Origin: a virus
Length of the DNA: 64,000 bases
Direction: 5' to 3' (one strand)
Virus record (IMG/VR): IMGVR_UViG_2084038018_000013
Span: 2,341-66,340 of that record
A program made the position numbers and the translations under genes. Shown here piece by piece: positions 1-10,017 of this stretch; within the stretch, counting starts at the first letter, position 1; each line of letters starts with the position of its first letter. A model generated the notes under the pieces. That model made no database searches, was not told where the DNA came from, and saw nothing but the letters and a program-made list of their open reading frames with translations.

Positions 1-1503
1 ACTGGCCGGAATGGTGATATTGGTCGTGCCATTAAACGCCACGCCGTTGATGGTGCGTGCCGTTTGCAGCCTTGTTGCCGTCGCTGCATTGCCCGTGGTG
101 CTCTGATTGCCCTGGGTATTCACGCCCGGCAGGTTGATATTTGCCGTCCCGTCAAATCCCACTCCGCCGATGGTGCGCGCGGTCTGTAGCTTTGTTGCCG
201 AAACCGCGTTTGCGTTGCTCGCCAGCGCGCCGACGTCTGCGGCAGTTGGCTTGTTGGCAGCATCATACTGCTTTATCCATGCCGTCCACGTTCCGCCGTA
301 GAGGGTACGAATATACGAGCGGGAATTGTTATAAACCCGGTATATCTGCGTAATTCCTGCGTGCTTATATACCTCCAGTGAACCAGCGATGGCTTCCGGG
401 TAGTTGGTCCCAGCTGCCGCCTGCGCGTTCGCGGGCTGATAATACAATCCAGGATCTGTGTAATTATTTAAATTAGCGGCATTAGCGATACCTTCAGCCA
501 GCTGGAATGTAGTTTTTGTCGTTGGTGGGTTTCCAGTGTGAAAGATTTCGTACCACGGATTCCATGTTTTATTGTCGCCGTTACGAGTTCTGAAACTTAT
601 ATTTTTACCGCTGTTGGCATAAGTTGCTGTCAACTGAACGCTGTATTCCCCATTCAGTCCAGAGAAATCAATTAAACTTCCGTTAAATCCTGGAGAGTTT
701 GTTGGATCTGAATAAGTAAAACTTACAGAATTTGGCGGTAATGCGTTAACATCAGTGACATCGCCACCGCTAGCTCTGGCTCGAAAACTTCGTAGCGCCA
801 ATGCTCCACCATTGACCACTATTCGCCCAGCAGTAATATCATCTTTCGAAGTTTGAACACTTTTGTAAGCTGCAGAGCCCAAACTATCCTTCAGCGCTTT
901 AACCGCCTTAGGGGTTGCTGCCTGCGTTTCAGATTCACTGTCCGTTGCATGACTGAGCTGCACCAGTCCCTTACGCTCAGCGCTCGCATCTATGATACCA
1001 ATCGCTTCACGTGCTTCCTTTTGTGCTGATGCACCATTTGCCGCTATCTCAGTCAGATTTTTATCGATACGTAAAAACAAACCATCGCCGGTGGCGGTCT
1101 TCAGCTCAATGTTCGCCGTCTCGGACACTGCAAGACGATACTGCAGACTGACGCTAACGCTATTTTCCGGCTTTTCGATAGCAGCACAGTTAGCCACTGA
1201 ATAGAGCTCACCGGCCTCAGTAAGAAGACCCACTTCACGAACCACGAAGCCGCCCACGTCGGTTCCCAAAGCCAGCTGTGCGATGAGCTGGTTTGTCTGA
1301 TCGGGTGAAATCTGTAGCGCAGAGATTGCTCCGCGGTATACCTCTTTTACCAGGCTAGTACGCGCTGGATCGGGCGTTACTGCCTTGCCGTTCCCGTCAC
1401 CCACGACGAAATCTTTAATAATGACGGGCTTTCCTGTTGCAGAAGACTGCGCTTCCAGCTCCTTTCCCCTGTTGGTCAAAATGCTGTAATACTTTTCAGC
1501 CAT
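1..1503 (-). CDS. Tail fibre protein of the outer prophage, 3' end outside window
   Basis: Hand translation, absent from the ORF track because there is no stop in the window: MAEKYYSILTNRGKELEAQ...FVVREVGL (P2 gpH-type N-terminus), GLVQLSHATDSESETQAATPKAVK, and two AT(K/R)LQTARTI repeats. Open for 501 codons. Confidence 0.9.
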   Translation of the reverse strand, partial: MAEKYYSILTNRGKELEAQSSATGKPVIIKDFVVGDGNGKAVTPDPARTSLVKEVYRGAISALQISPDQTNQLIAQLALGTDVGGFVVREVGLLTEAGELYSVANCAAIEKPENSVSVSLQYRLAVSETANIELKTATGDGLFLRIDKNLTEIAANGASAQKEAREAIGIIDASAERKGLVQLSHATDSESETQAATPKAVKALKDSLGSAAYKSVQTSKDDITAGRIVVNGGALALRSFRARASGGDVTDVNALPPNSVSFTYSDPTNSPGFNGSLIDFSGLNGEYSVQLTATYANSGKNISFRTRNGDNKTWNPWYEIFHTGNPPTTKTTFQLAEGIANAANLNNYTDPGLYYQPANAQAAAGTNYPEAIAGSLEVYKHAGITQIYRVYNNSRSYIRTLYGGTWTAWIKQYDAANKPTAADVGALASNANAVSATKLQTARTIGGVGFDGTANINLPGVNTQGNQSTTGNAATATRLQTARTINGVAFNGTTNITIPAS

Positions 1504-1505
1504 GG

Positions 1506-2057
1506 TTAAGTTCCTGCCTTAATAACAATATCAATCCACGCGGTAACAGCACCGCCAGTGTAGTAAGTTCCCTTCGAGCCCAGATCGGCGATTACGTCGA
1601 TGGTGGTCAGCAGGCTGCGAAGATTTTTGGCTTTATCCACCTGGCGTCGGATACGCTGGTAAAGCCCCTCATCCACGGCCTGCAGGCTGTAGACCTCAAC
1701 GCGGAAGGTATAAGGGTCTCTGCGTGGCTCATCCTCCCACCACTCCACGACGGTCGTCGGCAGGCTGACAGCACTAAGCGAGCGCCGTACTGCACCAGCC
1801 GTTCCCCGATGCTGGTGAACATAGGCCGCATCCTTGATAACCTGCCGCTTTTCCTCTTCGGTCCAGGTCTCTTCCCATGAGTCCACGGCAAATTCCCAGG
1901 CAAGCCACGGTAGAAGATGGGCCGGACAGGTATCAGGATCCTTAACCTTGCGGACCATATCGGTATCAAGCGCGGCTATCTGCTCTGTGCTGGCCTGCTC
2001 CTGAGACCGTTCTGGATGGATAGCAGAAACAGGCAGAAGGGAGCGAAATTTATCCAC
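1506..2057 (-). CDS. Tail protein I (P2 gpI-like)
   Basis: CPAHLLPWLAWEFAVDSW and HQHRGTAGAVRR motifs; lies between J and the fibre. Confidence 0.9.
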   Translation of the reverse strand: MDKFRSLLPVSAIHPERSQEQASTEQIAALDTDMVRKVKDPDTCPAHLLPWLAWEFAVDSWEETWTEEEKRQVIKDAAYVHQHRGTAGAVRRSLSAVSLPTTVVEWWEDEPRRDPYTFRVEVYSLQAVDEGLYQRIRRQVDKAKNLRSLLTTIDVIADLGSKGTYYTGGAVTAWIDIVIKAGT

Positions 2058-2964
2058 TTAAGCCTACTTTGCGCGTGACGTTTATCGCGCTGCACCACGG
2101 TGCCTGACCGGCGGTCGCTTCCAGGTCTGCCGTCGGGCTGATCAGCCTGACGCGGGAGATACCGGGCTGCTGCAGGGAAGCGTAAATCGCAGAAAGCGGT
2201 ACAACGGCGTTGATGCGATGGGATAGCTGCGTATAGCTCGTCAGCGTGCTTACGGCATTCTCCAGCACCGTCTGCGCATCAGGTCCGTCCGGAATATAGA
2301 GCTCAGCCTTGACGGCATAACTGACGACTGTGGCGGTTTTCACGCTGACAAAATCGGTGAGCGGTCTCACCTCATCTGCATTCAGTTTGTTCATTACCGC
2401 ATTGATGAGACCTTCACCTGCCTCACCATCACCGGTTCGTGAAAGCACATAGACATCCACTTCACCGGGTCGGTTATGAGTTTCCGGCCCATAGGCATCC
2501 GCATCCAGCACATCGTTATCGGCCGATTTGGCATGAAAGCGGTACGCGTTGCGCGCCCCTGCAGTGTTCAGCTGCGCCCACGAAAGCTGGATCCGTTCAC
2601 GAAAAGCGTCATCACTTTCATAGACAGGGTCGACGGGCGGTACCGCATCCGGATCGCCAGGGTTAATCAGCAGACGGGAAACGTTAAATGTAGCCCCCAG
2701 TTGGTCAAGATCGGCCCCTCTGGCGCTGGAAAGTAAAACGGCCCTTACCGCATCGTTGACGCGCTGAAAAGCCAGCGTCAGCTGGTAGGCGTTGACCTCC
2801 CCCTGCTTATAAGCCGGGTCAGACTCCACCAGCGCGTCAAATTCCGGATCCAGTTCGCGCAGTCGCGCCAGCCAGCGGGTAAAAATATCGGCGGCATCCG
2901 GTACCACAATGGCGTCCGGTACCGCCAGCGCGGACAGGTTAATTACGTCGTAACTACTTGCCAT
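2050..2964 (-). CDS. Baseplate J protein (P2 gpJ-like)
   Basis: ALVESDPAYK, ARGADLDQLG, ESDDAFRERIQL motifs. Confidence 0.92.
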   Translation of the reverse strand: MASSYDVINLSALAVPDAIVVPDAADIFTRWLARLRELDPEFDALVESDPAYKQGEVNAYQLTLAFQRVNDAVRAVLLSSARGADLDQLGATFNVSRLLINPGDPDAVPPVDPVYESDDAFRERIQLSWAQLNTAGARNAYRFHAKSADNDVLDADAYGPETHNRPGEVDVYVLSRTGDGEAGEGLINAVMNKLNADEVRPLTDFVSVKTATVVSYAVKAELYIPDGPDAQTVLENAVSTLTSYTQLSHRINAVVPLSAIYASLQQPGISRVRLISPTADLEATAGQAPWCSAINVTRKVGLSG

Positions 2965-3301
2965 AAATCTGTATGCCTCCGGTGCTTACGGGAAGATTAT
3001 TCTCTTTGTTGATCCCCTCAATATCGACGACACACCCAGTTTCATCGGCCGGGAAAGTGACCATCACGCGCTTAACCCGCAGACGGGGCTCCAAGCGTGC
3101 AAGCGCTGAGGCCGTGGCCGCGATAATCCGCAGTCGGGTAAGATCGTCCCGGGGGTTGTCCACCAGCGAAAACAGCTCACTGCCGTAGTCACGAACCAGC
3201 ACGCGGCTGCCGAGCGGCGTAGAGAGGATATCGCTGACGGACTGGCGCAAATGGTCGCTACCGGACAGGCGTTTACCGGTCCGGTTGTTTACACCGTTCA
3301 T
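2954..3301 (-). CDS. Baseplate wedge W/gp25-like protein
   Basis: MNGVNNRTG...HLRQSVSDILSTPLGSRVLVRDYGS; start trimmed from track ORF 2954-3415. Confidence 0.9.
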   Translation of the reverse strand: MNGVNNRTGKRLSGSDHLRQSVSDILSTPLGSRVLVRDYGSELFSLVDNPRDDLTRLRIIAATASALARLEPRLRVKRVMVTFPADETGCVVDIEGINKENNLPVSTGGIQIYGK

Positions 3302-3338
3302 ATTGTTTTCCGTATGAAGATCGCCGTAGGGCGGAGAG

Positions 3339-4457
3339 TTAACCGAAATAATCCGGGCCGGTTTTATCCTTGCTGCCGGATTTTTTAGAGGACTTCGCAG
3401 GCTTGCGGATATCAACCACGAGGTTGTACGTATAGCTGAACCCGGCGGGCGTCAGGGAGTACACCAGCGATTCGACCACCCAGGCACGATCTTCCCGCTC
3501 GCCAAAACCGGACGTGGAGACGCCGGATTCTGCCGTAAGCGGGACATGTTTCGGACGGCACGGTCCCGTCACCGTCATCTTCTGCTCGTTGCGCCGGGCC
3601 TGCGTTTTTTTCGATTTGGCCTGCTGATCTGCAGTGGCCTTTGCGGGCTGGGTATAGGGATTCGCCATCGAGGGGCCGTCGTGGTCAACCGTTGTGGTCT
3701 TGGTCTTCCCGTCCACTTCGTCGTAATAGCGCACACCGATTTTGCCTGCAGACTTACCGCTGCTGCCGGTGGCTTTCCCCGTAGAACTCCCCCGCTCGCC
3801 TTCGCTGTATGACCAGTTTGAAACTTCCTCAGGAGTGATAACCAGTTCCCCGGTCTGTTCACCTGAAGCCTTAGCCGTTGCGCCCTGCCGCAGAAAAAGC
3901 CAGTATCCTCCGGATGGTTTGCTGACTGCGTTCCAGGACCGTGCCAGTCTGGTCAGCAGGTTGGCGTCAGACTCCCCGACCTGATCGACGTGATCGATAT
4001 GGATATCAGCTAAATCCGAGTCCACTTTCGGTATCAGGCCGTTTTCGGTGGCCACGGTTTTAACCAGATCCGTCAGGCGCAGATTATCCCAGCTTCGGGT
4101 CTTCTGACTCAGGACATCCCCGGGCTGTTTCTGCGCGTTCATGGGCGCGGCCGTGGCATAAATTTCAATACGCCGGGGCGAACCACTGCTGCCGACGCCG
4201 GACACCACAAACCAGCCCTTTTCCACCAGCTGGTTGTTGAAGCCCAGCGCCACGCGCAGCCGGGCGCCTTTTGTTGGTAAAGGGAGGGTTTCTGAGAGTA
4301 ACGTGATTTTTAGCTCATCCGCTTTTGCCGTGGCGCCGCCGTAATCGGTCAACGTCATTTCAGCCAGGCTTTGCTGCAGCGCGCGGGTGATATCCTTCCC
4401 CTCCGCGCTGACGCTGAACGCCGGGGCGTATTCGGGTTTAGCAATCTGTTCAGTCAT
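3339..4457 (-). CDS. Late control D / baseplate hub protein
   Basis: ADELKITL, DQVGESDANLLTRLA, typical of P2 gpD. Confidence 0.88.
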   Translation of the reverse strand: MTEQIAKPEYAPAFSVSAEGKDITRALQQSLAEMTLTDYGGATAKADELKITLLSETLPLPTKGARLRVALGFNNQLVEKGWFVVSGVGSSGSPRRIEIYATAAPMNAQKQPGDVLSQKTRSWDNLRLTDLVKTVATENGLIPKVDSDLADIHIDHVDQVGESDANLLTRLARSWNAVSKPSGGYWLFLRQGATAKASGEQTGELVITPEEVSNWSYSEGERGSSTGKATGSSGKSAGKIGVRYYDEVDGKTKTTTVDHDGPSMANPYTQPAKATADQQAKSKKTQARRNEQKMTVTGPCRPKHVPLTAESGVSTSGFGEREDRAWVVESLVYSLTPAGFSYTYNLVVDIRKPAKSSKKSGSKDKTGPDYFG

Positions 4458-4458
4458 A

Positions 4459-4674
4459 TTAATCCCACAGGCTAAAGGCTGATTCCTTCACTGGCGGTGC
4501 CAGTTCCGGCAGGGTAATAATCAAACCCGCCGGGTAGACCGCACCGATATCGGCAAGCCCAGGATTTGCTTCGAGTACCTGAGTCAGGATATAGGACAGA
4601 TTTTCCGTGCCGTAGCGCGCTGCGCATACTGCATCCAGCACGTCACCTTCACGGGTTTGATATGTCGTCGGCAT
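4459..4674 (-). CDS. Tail protein X
   Basis: YQTREGDVLDAVC...VLEANPGLA...G.IITLP. Confidence 0.9.
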   Translation of the reverse strand: MPTTYQTREGDVLDAVCAARYGTENLSYILTQVLEANPGLADIGAVYPAGLIITLPELAPPVKESAFSLWD

Positions 4675-5119
4675 AATGTTTCAGCGTCATCGTCCAGTTT
4701 TTATTTCGGTGGCCGCCGCCGGGCAGGAAGCGGTTTGTCGTGTCTGAGAAGTCGATCACCACCCACCAGCCCAGCACATCACCTTCACCGCTGACCAGCT
4801 GCTGTGGCTTGTTCTGGTCTGCAAGATCGTAGAGATCGTTAACGGCATCCACCCCCTTGCGGAAGAATGCATGAGATTCACCCTCGAGCCTGACGGTTCG
4901 CCCCGGCTTGCCGGTGTACTGCAGCAGGTCCTGTTTGCCGATGCGCTCTTGCTCGCTCCATCGCCAGCTGGCCTCGCGTGTCAGCTGGTTATACGCGGTG
5001 GTGTCGATGGAAAAAGCAAAATCACCCAGCATCATCATCACCCGGGCAGCCTGTGCGCCGCGCGCCGCGCTGGCCCCTGCCTGCCCGAAGTCTTCGAAGA
5101 CGGGAATAATTTCACTCAC
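4649..5119 (-). CDS. GpU-like tail tube initiator
   Basis: MMLGDFAFSIDTTAYNQLTREASWRW, LQYTGKPGRT. Confidence 0.88.
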   Translation of the reverse strand: MSEIIPVFEDFGQAGASAARGAQAARVMMMLGDFAFSIDTTAYNQLTREASWRWSEQERIGKQDLLQYTGKPGRTVRLEGESHAFFRKGVDAVNDLYDLADQNKPQQLVSGEGDVLGWWVVIDFSDTTNRFLPGGGHRNKNWTMTLKHYADDISNP

Positions 5120-6924
5120 CAGATTTGCCCTCCGTCCAGCATGCTGCTGTCACCTTTAAAAATAGGGTTAGTTTTCGTTACGTCGACAACCTCATCACCG
5201 ATCGCCCGTTCGTCCTGTCCCGGTGCTCCGTGGATTTCATAATGAAATTCAAATCGGCGGTTGTCCGTCAGCTGCCGGGGCGCGGGTGCGTCTTCCGCTG
5301 AGTCAAGTTTTTGCAGCAACGTACCCCAGCGGCCGTCGTCATCCGGGAGGGTATTCACCCGGTTAACCTGAGGCTCGCCGGAAAGCCGATCGACAGGGGA
5401 TGGTTTCGATGTCGTGAAAGGAGGCATCAACGGACCGGGATATTTATCCCATGCTGCCGTATCGGAACCAGGTGCGTCAGGCTGCTGGCGCTCCGGCTTC
5501 ATGAAGCCACCCGGCTCAAACAGCGCACCGTTACCCACCGGGGTCATATACTTGTCGAGGGTGGAGTTAAAGGTTTCATCGTCATCACGGAAAAATCCCC
5601 TGGTGCCCCGGTACGATTTTTTCACATCATCCGGCAGGTCCGGCTTTTCCTTCAGTTGCTGCTCAAACCATTCGCCCTGCCCGTTCTTCTGGGCCGTCAT
5701 GCGCGCGATATCAACCGAACCCGTCATTGCCAGTGATTTAAGGACATCCCGCTGATCGCTTCGCTCATCCGGTAAAAGCCAGGAAAGTTTTTTCGCCAGC
5801 GCGTAGGCCACCTTCCCGACGAACACAATGCCCTGGCCGAACGTCAGCACGCCCGGGTAAAGGTCATTGCGCAGGAAGCTGACGATCCGCTTTATACCGC
5901 CGCCCTTAAACCACTCCGCCATGTCGTCCGTCAGTCGGCGAATATCCGGCGCAAGCTCATTACCCAGCTGGCCGGAGATTTCTGCAAGAGCCGAGGAGAA
6001 GACGGTGCGCAGGTTCGAGACTGCGCGATTGCCCGCCATCGCCCCATCAGCACCTTCTTTCGTGACGAGGTTATAGCGCCGCTGCTCGTCCATCAGGTCC
6101 CGATAGCTCTTGCCGGACTGCTTCAGCAGCATCAGCAGCTTGCTCGCCTCACCGCCAAACAGCGAATCCAGCGCAAACGAGGCCTTCGACTCATCCTGCA
6201 GGCTGAGCGCACGCTCGACGATTTTTTCGAACTGCGCCATATCACTGAGTCCGGCAAAATCACCGGCTTTAAAGCCCAGCGTTTCAAATGCATCCTGCAG
6301 CGATCCCTGTTTGCCGTTCTGCTTGTACTCCCCCGCCTTATGCAGATACTCCTCAAACAGATCGCCGATGTTCTCCCCGTTCATGTCGTACTGCTTTGCG
6401 AGCGTGTCCCAGGCGTCATAGGTGGGAATATCGACGCCATAGCTTTTTGCCACGCCGGCGCGCCTGGCCGTCTCCTCGTTTGTCGCCGCCGGGGCGATCA
6501 GGGTGCCCAGCGCAGAGGCCACCACCCCGCCGCCGCCGATTGCCAGCCCCGGCGCCACCATACCGCCCAGTTGACCGGCAATACCCAGCCCGCGGCGAAA
6601 CAGCCCCTTCCCTGCGCCCTTGAATGCTGCCAGCCGCTGTGCCTTCTGCATCTGCTGATTCAGCTTCTGCTGCTCGGCCTCCGTTTTACGGATTTCACGA
6701 GATACATCGCTGTAACGCCGCTTGAGATCGCCCAGGCTTTGCCCGGCCAGCTTTGCGCGCTTAATCTCTGCCGCCAGCCTGGTCTGGTCTTTCGTCAGCT
6801 TTTCTGACTGCTTGCCGACGTCCTTCAGGTTCTTTTGCAGGCCGTTCGCTGAACGGCTCCAGGAACTGTCGATATTGCCGCCAAAGGTAATGACGGCCTT
6901 AAGGTTCTGGCTTAGTCCGGCCAC
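5116..6924 (-). CDS. Tape measure protein
   Basis: 602-aa coiled-coil/Ala-Gly-rich ORF after the chaperone. Confidence 0.85.
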   Translation of the reverse strand: MAGLSQNLKAVITFGGNIDSSWSRSANGLQKNLKDVGKQSEKLTKDQTRLAAEIKRAKLAGQSLGDLKRRYSDVSREIRKTEAEQQKLNQQMQKAQRLAAFKGAGKGLFRRGLGIAGQLGGMVAPGLAIGGGGVVASALGTLIAPAATNEETARRAGVAKSYGVDIPTYDAWDTLAKQYDMNGENIGDLFEEYLHKAGEYKQNGKQGSLQDAFETLGFKAGDFAGLSDMAQFEKIVERALSLQDESKASFALDSLFGGEASKLLMLLKQSGKSYRDLMDEQRRYNLVTKEGADGAMAGNRAVSNLRTVFSSALAEISGQLGNELAPDIRRLTDDMAEWFKGGGIKRIVSFLRNDLYPGVLTFGQGIVFVGKVAYALAKKLSWLLPDERSDQRDVLKSLAMTGSVDIARMTAQKNGQGEWFEQQLKEKPDLPDDVKKSYRGTRGFFRDDDETFNSTLDKYMTPVGNGALFEPGGFMKPERQQPDAPGSDTAAWDKYPGPLMPPFTTSKPSPVDRLSGEPQVNRVNTLPDDDGRWGTLLQKLDSAEDAPAPRQLTDNRRFEFHYEIHGAPGQDERAIGDEVVDVTKTNPIFKGDSSMLDGGQIW

Positions 6925-7326
6925 GATTTACCGCCTCCACTTCGTCGGTAAGAAAATCAGAAAATACGCTGAACGGCATATCCAGGTATTCCGTCATCGG
7001 AAAATGCAGGCGCCGCCCCAGAAAACGCATCGCCCGAATCAGTCCTCTTTCGGTCGCTTGCCGGGCGGGAGCATAAAAACGTTAAACGCATCCAGCAGCT
7101 GAGCATAATCCGCGGCTGTCAGTAGCCAGATATCCTGTTCGCCGAGGTTGCACAGCAGCGCAATCATGCGCGCCTCTTTTTCTTCTTCACTGCCGCGATC
7201 TTTTGAATAAGCGATACGATCGCGCACCAGAGGCTCGCGCAGCGTCACCTCGTTGAGCGCACTGCCATTTTCAAGCGTGACGGGGGAGTACAGTTTGATA
7301 ACGCGGGTTTCACCTGGAAAAGACAT
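6899..7326 (-). CDS. Tail assembly chaperone (7039-7326) with putative -1 frameshift extension to 6899 (E/E+E')
   Basis: Chaperone MSFPGETRV... with SD GGAG; the -1 frame is open from GTTTTTATG (7080-7072) to TAA at 6899 and encodes ...RAMRFLGRRLHFPMTEYLDMPFSVFSDFLTDEVEAVN. Confidence 0.75.
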
Positions 7327-7338
7327 GTTTATCTCCAT

Positions 7339-7360
7339 AAAAAACGGCCCGCAGGCCGTT
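7339..7360 (-). terminator. Intrinsic terminator between tube and chaperone genes
   Basis: AACGGCC-TGCG-GGCCGTT followed by T-run on minus strand. Confidence 0.65.
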
Positions 7361-7373
7361 GTCAGTATCTTAT

Positions 7374-7880
7374 TTAAAGTCGGACTTTCGCCGACAGACC
7401 GGACAGGACATCTACACCATTTACCCGTCGCGCAAATCGCTCGGTATCAATGGCAAAGAGCTCACGGCCATCTTTGGTCTGGCGGTAATAGCTCACGGCG
7501 ATTTCCACCGTGACGGCATTTTCGGACAGACTATCCTTACCCCGCGCATCCGGCGTAACGGTCTGCACAAAGCCTTCAATCTCCTCAATGGTGCCCAGCG
7601 CGGTACCGTTCGCCAGATAACCCTGATAGGCAGTAAAGCGCGGGCGGCTGCCGCTGACAAACCCAAATGCAGTCAGCATGTCCGTATCGATACCGTAGAA
7701 TTTCAGCTGACAGGTCAGGGCCTCCATGCCGTCATCCACGGGAGAAGGTGCATCCTGCGCGCCGGTGCGCAGATCGGTTTTAACGATGGACAACGTCGGC
7801 GGCGTAAACTCATGTGCCCCCTGAATGCGGATCCCCTGCCGGAAAAAGGTCCAGACGCGTAACGTGTTTTTTTCGCTCAT
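7374..7880 (-). CDS. Major tail tube protein (FII-like)
   Basis: DLRTGAQDAPSPVDDGMEALTC, VSYYRQTKDGRELFAID. Confidence 0.9.
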   Translation of the reverse strand: MSEKNTLRVWTFFRQGIRIQGAHEFTPPTLSIVKTDLRTGAQDAPSPVDDGMEALTCQLKFYGIDTDMLTAFGFVSGSRPRFTAYQGYLANGTALGTIEEIEGFVQTVTPDARGKDSLSENAVTVEIAVSYYRQTKDGRELFAIDTERFARRVNGVDVLSGLSAKVRL

Positions 7881-9355
7881 GCTGTCAGCATCTCCTCAAG
7901 CGCATAGTTGTTATTCACCCGGACGCGCAGGCTGATAAGCTCAGTCGGCGATTTCGGACCAAAGTCGTAGTTGATGTACAGCACGCCCGCCGCCATGCTT
8001 TCTGCAGTATTCAGCTCCTCATCCAGCCAGGCCCGGCCGCCAAAAATGGCCCCGAGCCCGACGAGCTGGCGCATATAAGCGTTGATGGTGCCGATGATGT
8101 CGTCGGCGTTCTCGCGGTCCAGAGGGCGGTCAACGTATTCCAGCATCGTTTCCTGAATACTGTCCTCGATGACGTCAGCGGTACGGCGGACTGATTCAAA
8201 ACGCCACTGCGGATCGGTACCGCAAAGACGGTTGCCCCAGTGCTTAAACCCGGCCCTGCGGATGATGGTGGAGACGTTCTGCATGTTCAGCAGGTTTGCG
8301 TCGCAGTTTTCATCCCCCAGAATGAATTCGTCGATCTGCTCCACCCCGAGGATGTTATTGATGTCCTGGTTGGATTTGCTCCACCACCAGCCCTTCTCGA
8401 AGTCGATGCGGGCGCGCAGCCCCGCCGCGAAGGCAGAATATGGGCGGTAGACCAGCTGGCCATCGGCGTTGCTGACCTGCACGCGCGGGCGTAGCAGCTC
8501 GGTGCGCATGCCGTAGGACTGACGGCGCTGCACCACCTCCTGCAGCGTGGCACCCGCAGCGCAGTCAACATACGCCACCGCCCGCAGCTTGCCCGCTACG
8601 GTCTCCAGCGCCTTGCCCACGGCATCATCCTCGCTGAATCCCGGGGCAATCACGATACGGGGCTGGTACGTCGTCACGGATTTGGCAGACGACAGCGCGC
8701 CGATCCCGGCCAGCACCGCTGCCCGCTGCTTTTCCGTATTTTGCGCATCAGCGTTTTCGGCAACGCGAACCACCACCGTCAGGGCGTTTCGCTGGTCGTT
8801 AATTTCGGTCAGCGCCTGTTTGAGCGTGCCCTTGTCCCCCAGACGGGACAGCATCGTGGTGCCCACAATCGCAACGGGCGTATTCAGCGGGAACGGCTCA
8901 TCCTCGCCGCCGGCCAGCTGCAGGCTAAACGGAGATACAATTCCGCTGCCGGTACCTTTTGCCGTGACCTTCACATCCTCTACCGCACCGACGGCGTTAA
9001 CGACGTCTGCAGGGGTCGCCTTTAGCTTGCCGCCTTCATCACAGCCCAGCGTGATGGTCAGGGTTGAAGCCGCGGCGTCCCAGACGGCAGTCGTCTCCAC
9101 CTCGGCGGGATTTTCCGCATCGGGAACGCCAGCTGCTGCGTTAACCACCAGCACATTGCCAGCCCTTCCGACGAGCGTCGCGGTAAACTCCACGACGTTG
9201 TCCAGTATTGGCGTCCCGACGGTACCCGCTGCCGGACTACCAGCTGAGGCATCCGGTGCGGTGCCCACCAGACCGATAATGGCCGTCTGGATCGTCGTGA
9301 CCGCGACCGTACCGGATGTCAGCTCGATCGTTTCTACACCATGTAAATTCGCCAT
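7877..9355 (-). CDS. Tail sheath protein (FI-like)
   Basis: LHGVETIE, TAIIGLVGTAPDA, WWSKSN, FKHWGNR, FESVRRTADVI. Confidence 0.93.
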   Translation of the reverse strand: MANLHGVETIELTSGTVAVTTIQTAIIGLVGTAPDASAGSPAAGTVGTPILDNVVEFTATLVGRAGNVLVVNAAAGVPDAENPAEVETTAVWDAAASTLTITLGCDEGGKLKATPADVVNAVGAVEDVKVTAKGTGSGIVSPFSLQLAGGEDEPFPLNTPVAIVGTTMLSRLGDKGTLKQALTEINDQRNALTVVVRVAENADAQNTEKQRAAVLAGIGALSSAKSVTTYQPRIVIAPGFSEDDAVGKALETVAGKLRAVAYVDCAAGATLQEVVQRRQSYGMRTELLRPRVQVSNADGQLVYRPYSAFAAGLRARIDFEKGWWWSKSNQDINNILGVEQIDEFILGDENCDANLLNMQNVSTIIRRAGFKHWGNRLCGTDPQWRFESVRRTADVIEDSIQETMLEYVDRPLDRENADDIIGTINAYMRQLVGLGAIFGGRAWLDEELNTAESMAAGVLYINYDFGPKSPTELISLRVRVNNNYALEEMLTA

Positions 9356-9372
9356 TCATTTTCTCCAGGCAT

Positions 9373-9394
9373 AAAAAAACCTGCCGCGGCAGGT
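9373..9394 (-). terminator. Intrinsic terminator after gpV
   Basis: ACCTGCC-GC-GGCAGGT followed by T7. Confidence 0.7.
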
Positions 9395-10017
9395 CACATT
9401 TGTTGATTAGGGGTATTTGTGGTGCCGCCGCCGTCACCATTTTCTTGATGGTCATGTCGGTTATAGGTTTCGCGGATCCCGCTCATTTTTCCGGTACCGT
9501 CTGAAATTTCCTGTGTTGCTCCGATATTCCCGGCAACGTTCGTATCGGCATTGATCTGCGTTTTTCCCTGAACGGTCAGGGTGTCGGTGATTTCCACCGG
9601 GCCGTCCAGCGTACCCTTACCGACGATTTTGTAGCTCCCGCCTTCCGCCAGGGTGATGGTCAGCGCATGCGCGGCACGGTCATACCGGATCTCGGTACCG
9701 TCGCCGTAGCGGGTAATATGTTCGCTGTCGCTACCCTCCGGCACCGGCAGGCCGCCGGTATTCCAGCCGGGAAACACCCGTCCATTGTTCAGCTCGCCCG
9801 CCTCCGACAGCACCGTGACCGCATCGCCCACCGCATACGGATTAGAATCTGCCCGGTTCGTCCCTGAAAAGCCCTGGCAGAGCGGCAGCCAGGTGGTGGT
9901 GATATCGCCCAGATCGACCCGGCATTTCGGGATACCATCGTGTTTTACGGAATGAATAACACCGCGCCGGACGATATTCGCCAGGCGGCGCTGCAAATCG
10001 CCCTCAATATCACTCAT
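9394..10017 (-). CDS. Baseplate spike gpV
   Basis: RRLANIVRRGVI, CRVDLGDITTTWLP, C-terminal HDH metal motif. Confidence 0.9.
   Translation of the reverse strand: MSDIEGDLQRRLANIVRRGVIHSVKHDGIPKCRVDLGDITTTWLPLCQGFSGTNRADSNPYAVGDAVTVLSEAGELNNGRVFPGWNTGGLPVPEGSDSEHITRYGDGTEIRYDRAAHALTITLAEGGSYKIVGKGTLDGPVEITDTLTVQGKTQINADTNVAGNIGATQEISDGTGKMSGIRETYNRHDHQENGDGGGTTNTPNQQM

Noticed and set aside
1-1503. Diversity-generating retroelement acting on the tail fibre
   Set aside because: No reverse transcriptase or TR/VR pair in the window; the internal repeats are ordinary fibre repeats. The fibre 3' end is outside the window, so it cannot be fully excluded.
8547-9374. Long plus-strand ORFs opposite structural genes (also 15923-16741, 30291-31085, 34519-35322, 44994-46166, 49380-50189)
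   Set aside because: Antisense shadows of GC-rich coding genes, with no SD or recognisable motifs
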